Shown here: positions 8,927 to 20,700 of the stretch, piece after piece | Position numbering within the stretch: position 1 is the first letter of the stretch | Layout: each line of letters begins with the position of its first letter | DNA from: Malacoraja senta | Lineage: Eukaryota | Direction: 5' to 3' | Assembly (NCBI GenBank): GCA_038087875.1 | Contig: CM075990.1 | Location: 18,106,001 to 18,170,000 of the forward strand | Length of the DNA stretch: 64,000 bases | Translations under genes and position numbers: made by a program | Notes under the pieces: generated by a model | What the model was told of the DNA's origin: nothing | Database searches by the model: none | The model's input: only the letters and a program-made list of their open reading frames with translations

Positions 8927-11900
8927 TGGAGTTACAGGGATGTGGTCACTCCAACACCACAGGAGGCAGGCAAGTGGATCACGGTTGGGAGAGGCAAGGG
9001 GCACAGGCAGGGACTAGAGAGTACCCCGGTGGCTGTACACCTTGACAGCAAGTACTCCTGTTTGAGCACTGTTGGGGTGGACAGCCTACCTGGGGGTAGT
9101 GACAGCGGCCGGGCCTCCGGTATAGAGACCGGCCCTGTTGCTCAGAAGGGCAAGGAAAAGAAGAGGAGGGCAATACTAATAGGGGACTCTATAGTTGGGG
9201 GGTCAGACAGGCGATTCTGTGGACGCAGTCGGGAGACCCGGATGGTAGTTTGCCTCCCTGGTGCCAGGGTCTGTGATGTGTCTCAACGTGTCCAAGATAT
9301 CCTGAAAGGGCAGGGAGAGGAGCCCGAGGTCATGGTACATATAGGTACCAATGACATAGGTAAAAAAAGAGAAGAGGTCCTGATAGGAGAATTTAGGGCG
9401 TTAGGAGGGGAGTTAAAGAGAAGGACAGCAAAGGTAACAATCTCGGGATTACTGCTTGTGCCATGGAGGATAAATGCGTGGCTGAAGGACTGGTGCAGAA
9501 GGCAGGGATTCAAATTTCTGGATCATTGGGACCTCTTTTGTGGAAGGTTCGACCTGTACAAAAAGGATGGTTTGCACTTGAACCTGAGGGGGACCGATAT
9601 CCTGGCGGGGAGATCTGCAAAGGCTACTGGGGAGACTTTAAACTAGAATGGTTGGGGGGAGGGACTCAAATAGAGAATGCTATTAGACAGTGTGTGAGGC
9701 AGGAGGCAGAGAAGGAAAGCACTCAGACCCAACATGTAGGGGGGAAAGAAGAAAACAACAATAAACAGAGAATAAGAGGTGGTGGGGTTCTTAAATGGGT
9801 GAGCAGAGAAACAGAGGGGTGTAAAATGCGGGCGGAAGCAATAGGTAGCAAGGTGAAAAGTAAACGTGGCAGGCAGACAAATCCAGGGCAAAAATCAAAA
9901 AGAGCCACTTTTCAACATAATTGTATAAGGGGTAAGAGCGTTGTAAAAACAAGCCTGAAGGTTTTGTGTCTCAATGCAAGGAGCATTCGTAATAAGGTGG
10001 ATGAGTTGAACATGCAGATAGCAATTAATGATTATGATATAGTTGGGATCACGGAGACATGGCTCCAGGGTGACCAAGGCTGGGAGCTGAACATCCAGGG
10101 ATATTCAATATTCAGGAGGGATAGAGAGAAAGGAAAAGGAGGTGGGGTAGCGTTGCTGGTTAGAGAGGAGATTAACGCAGTGGAAAGGAAGGACATTAGC
10201 TTGGAGGATGTGGAATCGGTATGGGTAGAGCTGCGAAACACTAAGGGGCAGAAAACGCTGGTGGGTGTTGTGTACAGGCCACCTAGCAGTACTAGTGAAG
10301 TTGGGGATGGCATCAAACAGGAAATTAGAAATGCGTGCAACAAAGGCAAAACAGTTATAATGGGTGACTTCAATCTACATATAGATTGGGTGAATCAAAT
10401 TGGCAGGGGTGCTGAGGAAGAGGATTTCTTGGAATGTATGCGGGATAGTTATCTAAACCAACATGTAGAGGAACCAACGAGAGAGCAGGCTATTCTAGAC
10501 TGGGTATTGAGTAATGAGGAAGGGTTAGTTAGCAGTCTTGTTGTGCGTGCCCCCTTGGGCAAGAGTGACCATAATATGGTTGAGTTCTTCATTAGGATGG
10601 AGAGTGACATTGTTAATTCAGAAACAACGGTTCTGAACTTAAAGAAAGGAAACTTTGAGGGTATGAGACGTGAATTGGCCAAGATTGACTGGCAATTAGT
10701 TCTAAAAGGGTTGACGGTGGATATGCAATGGAAGGCATTTAAAGACTGCATGGATGAACTACAAAAATTGTTCATCCCAGTTTGGCAAAAGAATAAATCC
10801 GGGAAGGTAGTGCATCCGTGGATAACAAGGGAAATCAGGGATAGTATCAAAGCAAAAGATGATGCATACAAATTAGCCAGAAAAAGCAGCATACCAGAGG
10901 ACTGGGAGAAATTCAGAGACCAACAGAGGAGGACAAAGGGCTTAATTAGGAAAGGGAAAATAGATTATGAAAGGAAACTGGCAGGGAACATAAAAAACTG
11001 ACTGCAAAGGTTTTTATAGATATGTGAAGAGAAAGAGATTAGTTAAAACAAATGTAGGTCCCTTGCAGTCAGAAACAGGTGAATTGATCATGGGGAACAA
11101 GGATATGGCGGACCCATTGAATAACTACTTTGGTTCCGTCTTCACTAAGGAAGACATAAATAATCTGCCGGAAATAGCAGGGGGCCGCGGGTCAAAGGAG
11201 ATGGAGGAACTGAGTGAAATCCAGGTTAGTCGGGAAGTGGTGTTGGGTAAATTGAATGGATTAAAGGCCGATAAATCACCAGGGCCAGAGGCTGCATCCC
11301 AGAGTACTTAAGGAAGTAGCTCCAGAAATAGTGGATGCATTAGTGATAATTTTTCAAAACTCCTTAGATTCTGGAGTAGTTCCTGAGGATTGGAGGGTAG
11401 CAAACGTACCACATTTTGACAAGGTACCACATAAGAGATTAGGATACAAACTTAAATCACACAGTATTGGGGGTTCAGTATTGATGTGGATAGAGAACTG
11501 GCTGGCAAACAGGAAGCAAAGAGTAGGAGTAAACGGGTCCTTTTCACAATGGCAGGCAGTGACTAGTGGGGTACCGCAAGGCTCAGTGCTGGGACCCCAG
11601 CTATTTACAATTTATATTAATGATCTGGACGAGGGAATTGAAAGCAACATCTCCAAGTTTGCGGATGACACTAAGCTGGGGGGCAGTGTTAGCTGTGAGG
11701 AGGATGCTAGGAGACTGCAAGGTGACTTTGATAGGCTGGGTGAGTGGGCAAATGTTTGGCAGATGCAGTATAATGTGGATAAATGTGAGGTTATCCACTT
11801 TGGTGGCGAAAACGGGAAGGCAGACTATTATCTAAATGGTGGCCGATTAGGAAATGGGGAGGTGCAGCGAGACCTGGGTGTCATGGTACACCAGTCATTG

Positions 11901-12592
11901 AAAGTAGGCATGCAGGTGCAGCAGGCAGTGAAGAAAGCGAATGGTATGTTGGCCTTCATAGCAAGAGGATTTGAGTATAGGAGCAGGGAGGTTCTACTGC
12001 AGTTGTACAGGGTCTTGGTGAGACCACACCTGGAGTATTGCGTACAGTTTTGGTCTCCAAATCTGAGGAAGGACATTATAGCCATAGAGGGAGTGCAGAG
12101 AAGGTTCACCAGACTGATTCCTGGGATGTCAGGACTTTCATATGAAGAAAGACTGGATAGACTTGGCTTATACTCGCTAGAATTTAGGAGATTGAGAGGG
12201 GATCTTATAGAAACGTACAAAATTCTTATGGGGTTGGACAGGCTAGATGCAGGAAGATTGTTCCCGATGTTGGGGAAGTCCAGGACAAGGGGTCACAGCT
12301 TAAGGATAAGGGGGAAATCCTTTAAGACCGAGATGAGGAAAAACGTTTTCACACAGAGTGGTGAATCTCTGGAACTCTCTGCCACAGAGGGTAGTTGACG
12401 CCAGTTCATTGGCTATATTTAAGAGGGAGTTAGATGTGGCCCTTGTGGCTAAAGGGATCGGGGGGTATGGAGAGAAGGCAGGTACGGGATACTGAGTTGG
12501 ATGATCAGCCATGATCATATTGAATGGCGGTGCAGACTCGAAGGGCCGAATGGCCTACTCCTGCACCTATTTTCTATCTATCTATCTATCTA
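8927..12592 (+). mobile_element. Composite CR1 LINE: ORF1 part (8927-9797) plus ORF2 and 3'UTR of a second subfamily, (TCTA)n tail; ORF2 frameshifted in unit 1
   Basis: SGNH ORF1, APE motifs (LNARSI, ETW, YRPP, GDFN, SDH), RT motifs (GVPQGSVLGP, FADD), tail tctatctatctatcta. Confidence 0.92.
8942..9646 (+). pseudogene. 5'-truncated CR1 ORF1 SGNH/GDSL esterase domain
   Basis: LIGDSIV, CLPGAR, HIGTND and DGLHLN blocks typical of the CR1 ORF1 esterase. Confidence 0.85.
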
Positions 12593-12960
12593 ATTCTATC
12601 ACCCTGAAGCAACGAAATCCTGGAATATTTAGTTTCCAATCACAGCCATCCTGCAACCATGTTTCACTGATCGCCACAACATCATACTTCCCGGTGTCAA
12701 TCCAGGCTCTAAGCTCATCCACCTTTCTTACAATGCTCCTAGCATTTAAATATACACATTTAAGAAACCCACCACCTCTTATTCTCTGTTTATTATCTTT
12801 TTCTTCTTTGTCCCCTACATGTTGGGTCCGAGTGCTTCCCTTCTCTGCCTCCTGCCTCGCACCCTGACTACTAGCTTTCCCTATTCGAGTCCCTCCCCCC
12901 AACCGTTCTAGTTTAAAGTCTCCCCAGTTGCCTTTGCAAATCTCCCCGCCAGGATATTGG
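12593..12960 (-). mobile_element. Inverted CR1 fragment spanning ORF1 end / ORF2 start (copies ~28076-28443, 43537-43904, 61310-61677)
   Basis: ORF 12582-12902 (-): KQRIRGGGFLKCVYLNARSIVRKVDEL..SETWL; reverse complement closely matches 9596-9797. Confidence 0.88.
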
Positions 12961-12973
12961 CGTTGAACGTTAC

Positions 12974-13060
12974 GGGGTCTGAATGATGATCTCGTCCCAA
13001 AATGTCACCTGTTCCTTCTCACCAGAGATGCTGCCTGACCCGCTGAGTTACTCCAGCTCG
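12974..13060 (+). repeat. Penelope-like-derived short repeat with a decayed hammerhead-like motif
   Basis: ggggt-ctgaatga-tgatctcgtccc-aaaat-gtc-acc followed by agagatgctgcctgacccgctgagttactccagc. Confidence 0.6.
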
Positions 13061-13721
13061 TTGTCTCACCATACATTTGGGTGCATCTACATTGTTACTA
13101 TCCATTTCTTCAGTACTCTCGGTTATACTCTCATCCTTGGCTCTGCTCTTGGCCTTTCCACCCTGACTTGACAATTTTTGACTGAAAATCTGGGGGGTTG
13201 AGTTTTTCCAGGTATTTTTAACCAACTGGACACCATTAAATGTTTGTTTATATAGAACGTTTCAATGTCCACGTGTAGAGTACTGCATCAGGCAACAAGG
13301 TTGGGAGAACACTTGTGAAATTTAATGTGTATTTGATGGGGTAACTGGGGTGTTGATGTGCTTGTCAATTGCAAGTCAGTGCTGGAGCAACTCGATGGGT
13401 CCAGCAATGTCACTGGAGAATATGGATTGGTAATTCTGGGTTGGGACTCTTCAGACCCTTAAGAATTTTAGTCTAAATATATTCGACTACCTTAATATTG
13501 GTCCAACCTGTAGGAGTCCTGACTGCAGAGACACAATGGTCCTGGTTGGAGATACATCTCCAGGCATTGTCCACATGTCCAAGTGTTGTTACCTTGAGGA
13601 CTAGAATCTTCCCACCCAGGACTGTCTGACCCACTGAGTTACTCCAGCACTTTGTCTAATTGTAGAGAAGGACGTTGGAACATTTCAAACAGTAAAATGT
13701 TATGTTAATTTGATTTTTCAG

Positions 13722-13765
13722 CATCAAGTCTTCCTGGATTTGGTCATTCTGGAAGTCATAGGAAG
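13722..13765 (+). other. 44-nt exon-like cassette (intact copies also 17828-17871, 20804-20847 and equivalents in other units)
   Basis: ttgatttttcag|catcaag...ggaag|gtaagg: pyrimidine tract, AG acceptor and strong donor. No transcript evidence. Confidence 0.4.
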
Positions 13766-13844
13766 GTAAGGTACCTATTTCTAACTCTCTTCAGTTCAAT
13801 GGGATAAATGTGTTAAATTATTGATGGCTTTTCAAAATTTGTTT

Positions 13845-14140
13845 CTTCAACATCGAGGAGCTTGAAGTCTCTGGTAGAGACCGATGTCGGGAAGTTCCAA
13901 AGAACGCAAAAGGTTCAACTAGACCCCAAGTGAGCTGGGATTCAACCCCCCGATGCAGGACCCCCGACACGGACGGCCTGACCGCCGGCTATGGGAGTCG
14001 AGATCGTGCGTCAACGGAAGGCTCGAGGCCCCAGACCGCGGGAGACCAAAGAAGGGAAGAGTTTGAAATTTGTGTTCTGTTGCTTTTTATTGGTATGAGT
14101 GGATGGTAAATGAAATTCCTCGAGTTGCAAACATACTTTT
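13845..14140 (+). repeat. CpG-rich unclassified interspersed-repeat-like segment in each 1.8-kb module
   Basis: GC/CpG-rich island with an AT-rich end (ttctgttgctttttattggtatga...gttgcaaacatact); absent from the older modules before 6.2 kb, so probably an insertion. Family not identified. Confidence 0.4.
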
Positions 14141-14181
14141 TTTGCAACACGAGCCACCCCATGCTTGAATCGTGAGTAAAT

Positions 14182-14913
14182 ACACAGTGTTGGAGGAACT
14201 TGGTGGGTTTGACAACCTCTGAAGAAATGGACAGATGACTCATTGGGTCAGGAGCTCTCAGTCTGAAATATGGGGGAGAGCTGGAAATGAGGTGGGGGTT
14301 GGGCACTGCCTGACAGGTGATGGGTGGATTACAGGTGAGTGGGTGATGGGCAAATGGATGGAATAAGTGCCAAAGTCTGAAGGTGGAAGTGATGAAACAT
14401 GTTGGATAAGGACAAGAACTGTGAAATGTAAAACCAGGGTGAGGTGGAGTTGGAAGGTAAAAGGGAAATATGGGACAGTTGAGAGATGAGCACACTTACC
14501 TTCATTAACTAAGTAATAACTAAATAGTAATAACTAAATAGTAATAACTAAATAGTAATAACTAAATAGTAATAACAACTAACTAGTCCTTTCTTGTACG
14601 CTCATTTCTCAAACAGTTCCATATTCCCTCTATCCATTCCACCCATCTCTCTCCTAGTTTCATATTTCCGTTCTCTGCTTATTTGGCATTTTGTCCCTTT
14701 CACCTTGAGCCTTTGGCACTCACTCCATCCATATGCTAATCACGCCTCACATGTACCACCTATTTACTTGCTGGCTTTGTCCTGCATGCCTCTGCATCTT
14801 TTCACTCTCTCATCAGTCTTTGGAAGGTTGCTGACCTGAGATGTCATCTGTCCATTCCACTTGCAGTTAGGCAGATTGTGCCTGTACTGCTGAATGCCTC
14901 CAGCACTTTGTCT
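14182..14913. repeat. Fold-back: ~315-bp inverted arms around a (TAATAACTAAATAG)n-type loop (also ~15974-16708, 18287-19015, 20074-20738 and all unit copies)
   Basis: gggaaatatgggacagttgagagatgagcaca is the reverse complement of tgtacgctcatttctcaaacagttccatattccc; tgccaaag/ctttggca, aatggacagatgac/gtcatctgtccatt and agtgttggagg/cctccagcact pair in nested order. Confidence 0.85.
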
Positions 14914-17239
14914 TTGGACAGAGCCATGTTCCCTGGTTGTAGTTGGCTCCTGTTACAGGGAAAATAGAGTTTAATATTTTTGACTGGAGCTCTGTGGGAT
15001 TGGGTTTTTCCAGGTATTTTTAACCATCTGGACACCACTGAATGTTTGTTTATATCTAATATCTAACGTTTAAATGTCCACGTGAGGAGTAAGGCATCGG
15101 GCAACAAGGTTGGGAGAACACTTGTGAAATATAATGGGTATTTGATGTAACTGGGGTGTTGCTGTGCTTGTAAATTGTGTCAGTGCTGGAGCAACTCGAT
15201 GGGTACAGCAACATCGCTGGGGAACATGGATTGGTAATTCTGGGTAGGGACTCTTCAGACCTTAATCTCTTGAGCTAGTCTAAATATATTCGACTACATT
15301 AATATTGGTCCAACCTGTAGGAGTCCTGACTGCAGAGACACAATGGTCCTAGTTGGAGATACATCTCCAGGCATTGTCCACATGTCCAAGTGCTTTTACC
15401 TTGAGGACTAGAATCTTCTCACCCAGGACTGTCCGACCCACTGAGTTACTCCCGCACTTTGTCTAATTGTAGAGAAGGATGTTGGAACATTTCAAACATT
15501 AAATTGTTATGTTAATTTGATTTTTCAGCATCGTCATCCTGGATTTGGTCTTTATGGATGTCATAGGAAGATATGGTACCTATATCTAACCCTCTTCAGT
15601 TTAATGGGGTAAATGTGTTAAATTATTGATGGCTTTTCCAAAATTGTTTCTTCAACATCGAGGAGCTCGCAGTCTCTGGTATAGACTGATGTCGGGAAGC
15701 TCCAAAGAATGCAAAAGGTTCGACTAGACCCCGAGTGAGCTGGGATTGAACTCCCCGATGCAGGACCCCCGACACGGACGGCCCGACCGCTGGCTACGGG
15801 AGTCAAGATCGTGCCGTCAACGGGAGGCTCGAGGCAGACCAAAGAAGGGAAGAGTTTGAACTTTGTGTTCTGTTGCATTTTATTGGTATGAGTGTATGGT
15901 AAATGAAATTCCTCGTGTTGCAAAGCATACTTTTTTTGCAACGAGCCACCCCATGCTTGAATCGTGAGTAAATACAGTGCTGGAAGAACTTGGTGGGTTT
16001 GACTACCTCTGAAAAATGGACAGGTGACTAATTGGGTCCGGAGCTCTCAGTCTGAAATACGGGGGAGAGATGGAAATGAGGTGGGGGTTGGGCACTGCCT
16101 GACAGGTGATGGGTGGATTACAGGTGAGTGGGTGATAGGCAAATGGATGGAGTAAAGGCTGGAGGTGGAAGTGATCAAACATGTTGGATAAGGACAAGAA
16201 CTCTGAAATGTGAACCAGGGTGAGGTGGGGTTGGTAGGTAAAAGTGAAATATGGGACAAGGAGTTGAGAGATGAGCGTACTTCCCTTCATTAACTAAGTA
16301 ATAACTAATTAATAATAACTAAATAATTATAACTAAGTAACAACTAAATAATAACAACTAAATAATAACAACTAACTAGCCCTTTCTTGTACGATCATCT
16401 CTCAAAAACAGTCCCATATTCCCTCTATCTCTTCCACCCATCTCTCTCCTAGTTTCATATTTCAGTTCTACTTATTTGGCATTTTGTCCCTTTCACCATG
16501 AGCCTTTGGCACTCACTCCATGCATATGCTAATCACACCTCACATGTACCATCTATTTACTTGCTGGCTTTGTCCTTCGTGCCTCTGCCTCTTTTCACTC
16601 TCGTTCATCAGTCTGAGGAAGGTTGCTGACCTGAGATGTCATCTGTCCATTCCACTTGCAGTCAGGCAGATTGTGCCTGTACTGCTGAATGCCTCCAGCA
16701 CTTTGTCTTTGGACAGAGCCATGTTCCCTGGTTGTAGTTGGCTCCTGTTACAGGGAAAGTAGAGTTTAATATTTTTGACTGAAGCTCTGGGGGGTTGGGT
16801 TTATCCAGGTATTTCTAACCATCTGGACACCACTGAATGTTTGTTTATATCTAATGTTTAAATGGCCACATGAAGAGTAAGGCATCGGGCAACACGGTTG
16901 TGAGGACACTTGTGAAATATAATGGGTATTTGATATAACTGGGGTGTTGCCGTGCTTGTAAATTGATCAGTGGTGGAGCAACTCGATGGGTACAGCAACA
17001 TCGCTGGAGAACATGGATTGGTAATTCTGGGTTGGGAATCTTCAGACCTTACTCTCTTGAGGTAGTCTAAATATATTCGACTACCATAATATTGGTCCAA
17101 CCTGTAGGAGTCCTGACTGCAGAGACACAATGGTCCTGGTTGGAGATACAACTCCAGGCATTGTCCAAGTGTTTTACCTTGAGGACTAGAATCTTCTCAC
17201 CCAGGACTGTCCTACGCACTGAGTGGGTCGGACAGTCCT

Positions 17240-17742
17240 TGTGATTGAGGCAGTGCAGCGTAGGTTCACGAGATTGATCCCTGGGATGGCGGGACTGTCA
17301 TATGAGGAAAGATTGAAAAGTCTAGGCTTGTATTCACTGGAGTTTAGAAGGATGAGGGGGGGGGGGGGGTCTTATAGAAACATATAAAATTATAAAAGGA
17401 CTGGACAAGCTAGATGCAAGAAAAATGTTCCCAATGTTAGGCGAGTCCAGAACCAGGGGCCGCAGTCTTAGAATAAAGGGGAGGTCATTTAAGACTGAGG
17501 TGAGAAAAAACGTTTTCACCCAGAGTTGTGAATTTATGGAATTCCCTGCCACAGAGGGCAGTGGAGGCCAAATCACTGGATGGATTTAAGAGAGAGTTGG
17601 ATAGAGCTCCACGGGCTAGTGGAGTCGAGGGATATGGGGAGAAGGCATGCAATGGTTATTGATAGGGGATGATCACAATGAATGGCGGTGCTGGCTCGAA
17701 GGGCCGAATGGCATCCTCGTGCACCTATTTTCTATGTTTCTA
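17240..17742 (+). mobile_element. 5'-truncated CR1 3' end inserted in one module (copies ~32723-33222, 48184-48684, 50496-50995)
   Basis: IEAVQRRFTRLIPG..LGLYSLEFRR region, 3'UTR and gcacctattttctatgtttcta tail; absent from sibling modules. Confidence 0.9.
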
Positions 17743-20700
17743 AGTTACTCCCACACTTTGTCTAATTGTAGAGAAGGAAGTTGGAACATTTCAAACATTA
17801 AAATGTTATGTTAATTTGATTTTTCAGCATCAAGTGTACCTGGATTTGGTCTTTATGGATGTCATAGGAAGGTAAGGCACATATTTCTAACTCTCTTCAG
17901 TTTAATGGAATAATTGTGTTACATTATTGATGGCTGTTCCAAATTTGTTTCTTCAACATCGAGCAGCTCGCAGTCTCTGGTAGAGACCGATGTCGGGAAG
18001 CTCCAAAGAACGCAAAAGGTTCGACTAGACCCCGAGTGAGCTGTGATTGAACCCCCCGATGCAGGACCCCCGACACGGACGGCCCGACTGCCGGCTACGG
18101 GAGTCAAGATTTTCCCGTCAACGGAAGACTCGAGGCCCCAGACTGCGGGAGACCAAAGAAGGGAAGAGTTTGAACTTTGTGTTCTGTTGCTTTTTATTGG
18201 TATGAGTGGATGGTAAATGAAATTCCTTGTGTTGCAAACATACATTTTTTGCAACACGTGCCACCCCATGCTTGAATCGTGAGTAAACAGTGCTGGAGGA
18301 ACTTGGTGGGTTTGACAACCTCTGAATAAACGGACAGATGACTCATCGGGTCGGGAGCTCTCAGTCTGAAATACAGGGGAGAGCTGGAAATGAGGTGGGG
18401 GTTGGGCACTGCCTGACAGGTGATGGGTGGATTACAGGTGAGTGGGTGATGGGCAAATGGGTGGAGTAAGTGCCAAAGTCTGAAGGTGGAAGTGATGAAA
18501 CATGTTGGATAAGGACAAGAACTCTGAAATGTGAACCAGGGTGAGGTGGGGTTGGTAGGTAAAAGTGAAATATGGGACAGTTGAGAGATGAGCGTACTTC
18601 CCTTCATTAACTAAGTAATAACTAATTAATAATAACTAAATAATTATAACTAAGTAACAACTAAATAATAACAACAACTAACTAGCCCTTTCTTGTACGA
18701 TCATCTCTCAGAAACAGTCCCATATTCCCTCTATCTCTTCCACCCATCTGTCTCCTAGTTTCACATTTCAGTTCTACTTATTTGGCATTTACTCCCTTTC
18801 ACCTTGAGCCTTTGGCACTGACTCCATCCATATGCTAATCACGGCTCGCATGTACCACCTATTAACTTGCTGGCTTTGTCCTGCGTGCCTCTGCCTCTTT
18901 TCACACTCTTTCATTAGGTCTGAGGAAGGTTGCTGACCTGAGATGTCATCTGTCCATTCCACTTGCAGTCAGGCAGATTGTGCCTGTACTGCTGAATGCC
19001 TCCAGCACTTTGTCTTTGGACAGAGCCATGTTCCTTGGTTGTAGTTGGCTCCTGTTGCAGGGAAAGTAGAGTTTAATATTTTTGACTGAAGCTCTGGAGC
19101 GTTGGGTTTTTCCAGGTATTTTTAACCATCTGGACACCACTGAATGTTTGTTTATCTAACGTTTAAATGTCCACGTGAGGAGTAAGGCATCGGGCAACAA
19201 GGTTGGGAGAACACTTGTGAAATATAATGGGTATTTGATGTAACTAGGGTGTTGCTGTGCTTGTAAATTGTGTCAGTGCTGGAGCAACTCGATGGGTACC
19301 GCAACATCGCTGAAGAACATGGATTGGTAATTCTGGGTTGGGACTCTTCAGACCTTAATCTCTTGAGCTAGTCTAAATATATTCGACTACATTAATATTG
19401 GTCCAACCTGTAGGAGTCCTGACTGCAGAGACACAATGGTCCTAGTTGGAGATACATCTCCAGGCATTGTCCACATGTCCAAGTATTTTTACCTTGAGGA
19501 CTAGAATCTTCTCACCCAGGACTGTCCGACCCACTGAGTTACTCCCGCACTTTGTCTAATTGTAGAGAAGGATGTTGGAACATTTCAAACATTAAAATGT
19601 TATGTTAATTTGATTTTTCAGCATCAAGTCATCCTGGATTTGGTCTTTATGGATGTCATAGGAAGATAAGGTACCTATATCTAACCCTCTTCAGTTTAAT
19701 GGGGTAAATGTGTTAAATTATTGATGGCTTTTCCAAATTTGTTTCTTAAACATCGAGGAGCTCGCAGTCTCTGGTATAGACTGATGTCGGGAAGCTCCAA
19801 AGAATGCAAAAGGTTCGACTAGACCCCGAGTGAGCTGGGATTGAACCCCCCGATGCAGGACCCCCGACATGGACGGCCCGACCGCTGGCTATGGGAGTCA
19901 AGGTCGTGCCGTCAATGGGAGGCTCGAGGCCTCAGACCAAAGAAGGGAAGAGTTTGAACTTTGTGTTCTGTTGCTTTTTATTGGTATGAGTGTATGGTAA
20001 ATGAAATTCCTCGTGTTGCAAAGCATACTTTTTTTGCAACACGAGCCACCCCATGCTTGAATCGTGAGTAAATACAGTGCTGGAAGAACTTGGTGGGTTT
20101 GACAACCTCTGAAAAATGGACAGGTGACTAATTGGGTCCGGAGCTCTCAGTCTGAAATACGGGGGAGAGATGGAAATGAGGTGGGGGTTGGGCACTGCCT
20201 GACAGGTGATGGGTGGATTACAGGTGAGTGGGTGATAGGCAAATGGATGGAGTAAAGGCTGGAGGTGGAAGTGATCAAACATGTTGGATAAGGACAAGAA
20301 CTCTGAAATGTGAACCAGGGTGAGGTGGGGTTGGTAGGTAAAAGTGAAATATGGGACAAGGAGTTGAGAGATGAGCGTACTTCCCTTCATTAACTAAGTA
20401 ATAACTAATTAATAATAACTAAATAATTATAACTAAGTAACAACTAAATAATAACAACTAAATAATAACAACTAACTAGCCCTTTCTTGTACGATCATCT
20501 CTCAGAAACAGTCCCATATTCCCTCTATCTCTTCCACCCATCTCTCGCCTAGTTTCATATTTCAGTTCTACTTATTTGGCATTTTGTCCCTTTCACCATG
20601 AGCCTTTGGCACTCACTCCATCCATATGCTAATCACACCTCGTGTACCATCTATTTACTTGCTAGCTTTGTCCTTCGTGCCTCTGCCTCTTTTCACTCTC

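Noticed and set aside
13640..13660. AAAGTGCT (miR-430/302-type seed) on the minus strand, many copies
   Set aside because: Lies in the terminus of an interspersed repeat; no ~60-70 nt pre-miRNA hairpin seen around it.
17356..17369. Poly-G length differences between copies (14/11/12/11) and the extra A at ~10997
   Set aside because: Homopolymer variation may be sequencing or consensus error; not interpretable without reads.
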